DNA of 64,000 bases, from the NCBI GenBank assembly GCA_016713175.1, contig JADJPQ010000009.1, positions 249,652 to 313,651 on the forward strand, given 5' to 3'. The DNA is from Planctomycetota bacterium (GTDB lineage: Bacteria > Planctomycetota > UBA1135 > UBA2386). Within the stretch, counting starts at the first letter, position 1. The number at the start of each line of letters is the position of its first letter. Under the pieces are notes generated by a model, which worked only from the letters and a program-made list of their open reading frames with translations, made no database searches and was not told the origin of the DNA. The position numbers and the translations under genes are program-made. Shown here piece after piece: positions 61,422 to 64,000 of the stretch.

Positions 61422-62234
61422 GTGGCCACGGCCGAACACCTGGGGCCGGCGTTGTCGTCGGTCCGGTTGGCCGACGCCGATGCCGTGCAAGCCCTGCTGC
61501 AAGAGCAGCGGGCCCGATTGCAGGTCGTCCGCGACCATCGGATCTGGCATTGGTTTGGCGGTGTGCCGTCGGGATTTGGCAGTCCGGGGGCGCCGCTGCA
61601 GGCGCTCTATGCCCGGTTTGCCGGCTTTGCGCTGATTGCGCTGGCCCTGATCGTCGCCGGCTTCACGCGCGGACCGGTGCTGTGGGTGATCGCGGCGCTG
61701 GCTGGCGCGGCGTTCTTGCGCGCGTGGCTGGTGATCGGGCCGCCGTCGCGGCGAACCCTGCAGCTGTTCGAACGCGCCGTCCTCGTTCCGGGCATCGTGA
61801 TCGCCTACGAGCCGGAAGCGACCGAACCCGACAACGAACTGCTGCGCGGCGTCTGGGCGCTGGTCGCATTCGACGTGAAGTCGGTCGATGGCCTGCAGCG
61901 CCTCGATGCGGCGGCGACACGGCTGCGCACGATGCTCGCGGGCACCGGCGGCCCGGAGGCGTTCTTGCAGTCGGTTCGCGGTGCCATCGCTGCCAAGAAG
62001 GCCGATGGCAGTCGGATCCAGGTGCCGGCCGAACTCGGCCAGAACCTCGAATTGGCGCGGCTGCGCGTCAGCCCCAATCTGCTGCCCGGCGGCGTGCTGA
62101 GTTCGCGTCTGCTGTTCGTGTTTGCCGATCCGCAGGAACGGCAAGCCGGTCATTCGCGGGTGCTGCAGAGCAGTCTGTGGGGATCCGGTGTCGACGATCT
62201 GTGCGAGGACTTTCCTTTGGCGCCCTCCGCATGA
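61422..62234 (+). CDS. Hypothetical two-TM membrane protein
   Basis: Hydrophobic hairpin (FAGFALIALALIVAG / VLWVIAALAGAAFL) followed by a soluble domain. Confidence 0.65.
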   Translation: MATAEHLGPALSSVRLADADAVQALLQEQRARLQVVRDHRIWHWFGGVPSGFGSPGAPLQALYARFAGFALIALALIVAGFTRGPVLWVIAALAGAAFLRAWLVIGPPSRRTLQLFERAVLVPGIVIAYEPEATEPDNELLRGVWALVAFDVKSVDGLQRLDAAATRLRTMLAGTGGPEAFLQSVRGAIAAKKADGSRIQVPAELGQNLELARLRVSPNLLPGGVLSSRLLFVFADPQERQAGHSRVLQSSLWGSGVDDLCEDFPLAPSA

Positions 62235-62947
62235 ACCCGCTCGAGATCCGCCAGCGTTTGGATGAACTCGAGCGGGCGAGCAAGCTCGAAAAAGCGCTCG
62301 ATTCGGGCGGCGGCGGTGCGCCGTGGGCCGAGATCGTCTGGATGCTGCAGTTCCCGGCGATCATCGGGCTGGCGATCCAGGTCACCACCATGGCGCTGGC
62401 GGTCAAACCGGACGATCCCGGGCCACCGCCGGCCGAGATGGTGTGGTCGGCGGTGCTGGTGCTGCCTGTGTTGTTGTTCCGCTTCGGGTGGAAGATGGTG
62501 CGTTCGCCGCGGGAGCGGACCCAGGTGCGGCTGCGCCGCAAGGGGTTGGTGGTCCTCGGGGCGATCGTGCAGGCAAACGACCGGTTCTTCGACGACGACA
62601 ACGAAGACTGGTTGCCGGGCTCGGTGCTGGTGTCGTTCGATCCGAAGGCGCGGCCGGAGGCGCTGGCGGCTGGCGCACAGAAGATCAATGCCCTGAAGCG
62701 GCAGGACCGGCGGACGTTACCGCCGGCGCAGGCGGCGCTGGCGTGGGAGCTCTATCACGAGATGGGGCCGACGTCGTCGCTGCCGGTGCCGCCGGAGCTG
62801 GTGGGTGGGTTGCGGGATTGTCTGCTGGTTTCGGCGATGTTGCCGCCAGAGCCACTGGGTGTGGATGGGTGTTTCTGGGTGCTGGCGTTGTCGGGGGAAC
62901 GTTCGGCGGATGCGGTGGCGGTGCTGCCGGCAACTCTGGTCGGATGA
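62231..62947 (+). CDS. Hypothetical two-TM membrane protein, probable paralog of the upstream gene
   Basis: ATGA overlap; same layout; shared VxxG.(V/I)...N/D..(L)V(A/S)FD and VP.EL motifs. Confidence 0.65.
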   Translation: MNPLEIRQRLDELERASKLEKALDSGGGGAPWAEIVWMLQFPAIIGLAIQVTTMALAVKPDDPGPPPAEMVWSAVLVLPVLLFRFGWKMVRSPRERTQVRLRRKGLVVLGAIVQANDRFFDDDNEDWLPGSVLVSFDPKARPEALAAGAQKINALKRQDRRTLPPAQAALAWELYHEMGPTSSLPVPPELVGGLRDCLLVSAMLPPEPLGVDGCFWVLALSGERSADAVAVLPATLVG

Positions 62948-63148
62948 GTCAAGGCGGGCTGGGTTGCCCGCAGACTCGCGGATCATTCGGTTGTCCTATG
63001 AAACACAAGATGCACACCGCGGCCCGGACTGCTCAGGCTCCATCCGACACTCGGAGCCTTCGGTCTCATTTGCGTTGACAGCTACCGGTGCGCGATCGGG
63101 ACCACCGTGTGCGACGAATCAGATTCCGAACAGCGCAACACAGCCGGA

Positions 63149-63775
63149 TCAGTCCTCGACCCACGTCCCGACGAACCGATACGCCACATAACTGGCGAAC
63201 TTCGTCGGCGCCAACGTGTTCATCTCCCACCCATGCAGCGTCCCATCCGCCGCCGACACCCGCTCGTGGTAATGCCGCAAATCACTGACCGTCGCCCGAT
63301 CCGACGAGTCATACATCGCATCCACCGCCCACACCGTCGACCCCGAATGCACCGACAACAACTGCGTCCGCAGCCCCAGATGCGGCGGCAGGTACGGCCG
63401 CCACGCCGTGATGTTGCCGACGTAGACCCCATCCAGGTTGTAGCGATTGCACAGCTTGACGAACGCATCGGTCGACAGCTTGCCGCGCCGCAACGACGCG
63501 TTCAGCGTGTCATCCTCATCCGCGCGTTCAGGCAGCGGCACGATCTCGAACCGGCGCAGTTTCTGCAGTTCGTTGACGAACGAATCGCGGATCCGTTCGC
63601 GGTCGGCGAGCACGCCGTCCTCTGACGTGAACGGCAAGATCATGATCCGGCGGACGTTGGCCAGATCGCGTTCGTCGGCCAGATAGGAATTGATCGAACG
63701 TCGCTCTGGCGCCCGTTCGAGCTGGCAGCCGCACAGCCCGAGCGCGAACAGGGCCAGCAGCGCCCGCGTGGTCAT
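63149..63775 (-). CDS. Lipoprotein with a FlgO/CsgG/GNA1162-like alpha-beta domain
   Basis: Lipobox LGLCGC; RIMILPF, LDGVYVGNITAWRPY, GSTVWAVD. Confidence 0.65.
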   Translation of the reverse strand: MTTRALLALFALGLCGCQLERAPERRSINSYLADERDLANVRRIMILPFTSEDGVLADRERIRDSFVNELQKLRRFEIVPLPERADEDDTLNASLRRGKLSTDAFVKLCNRYNLDGVYVGNITAWRPYLPPHLGLRTQLLSVHSGSTVWAVDAMYDSSDRATVSDLRHYHERVSAADGTLHGWEMNTLAPTKFASYVAYRFVGTWVED

Positions 63776-63999
63776 TGCCGGCCTCCGTTCGGCGGTGCCG
63801 CCGCTTCGACGGTTCCGGTCGTCGGCGCCAGATCTTCGAGCGAACGCTGCATCTCCTGGATCTTGCTGACCAGCGTCATCTGTTCGAGCTTCGCTTTCTC
63901 GATCGACAGGCTGAGGATCCGCGCCCGCAGTTCATTGCGTTCGGCCAGCAGCTTGTTGACCTCGGCTTCGTACTGCGCCCGCGCCCGCTTCTCCTTGTC
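63772..63999 (-). CDS. 3' end of a coiled-coil protein (partial, begins beyond window)
   Basis: ...RARAQYEAEVNKLLAERNELRARILSLSIEKAKLEQM...GGRQ*; ATGA overlap with the lipoprotein start. Confidence 0.65.
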   Translation of the reverse strand, partial: DKEKRARAQYEAEVNKLLAERNELRARILSLSIEKAKLEQMTLVSKIQEMQRSLEDLAPTTGTVEAAAPPNGGRQ

Positions 64000-64000
64000 G

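Noticed and set aside
62948-63148. Hairpins (GCGGGC..GCCCGC; AGGCTCC..GGAGCCT) in the convergent gap
   Set aside because: Short GC-rich stems without U-tracts or repeats elsewhere; insufficient to call a terminator or ncRNA.

Overview
GC-rich 64 kb chromosomal window, probably from a Planctomycetota genome (inferred from LexA/GyrA sequence style and secreted-protein domains). It spans the likely replication origin (dnaA-intergenic-dnaN-dciA-gyrB, with gyrA about 33 kb downstream) and is mostly housekeeping genes. I saw no CRISPR array, IS element or integrase. Main observations: (1) a nhaA-I-like (Li+/Na+) riboswitch candidate in front of three tandem NhaD antiporter paralogs; (2) a two-gene MCE lipid-transport module with an MlaF-MlaE single-chain fusion and an MCE-MCE-(pseudo)trypsin protein; (3) an unannotated ~180-nt rod-like ncRNA (6S-like) with a -10 box and an intrinsic terminator; (4) a dnaA-dnaN spacer with five TTCCCCG copies that may be non-canonical DnaA boxes; (5) NAAC-N7-NAAC direct repeats upstream of lexA and of an adjacent small membrane protein; (6) a sigma54 promoter with two helically phased dyad UAS sites near a GAFTGA-less enhancer-binding protein; (7) a bacillithiol gene set; (8) an RpoE-RseA-RseB-like operon; (9) six apparently leaderless genes. 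All family assignments come from motif recognition by eye, without database searches.
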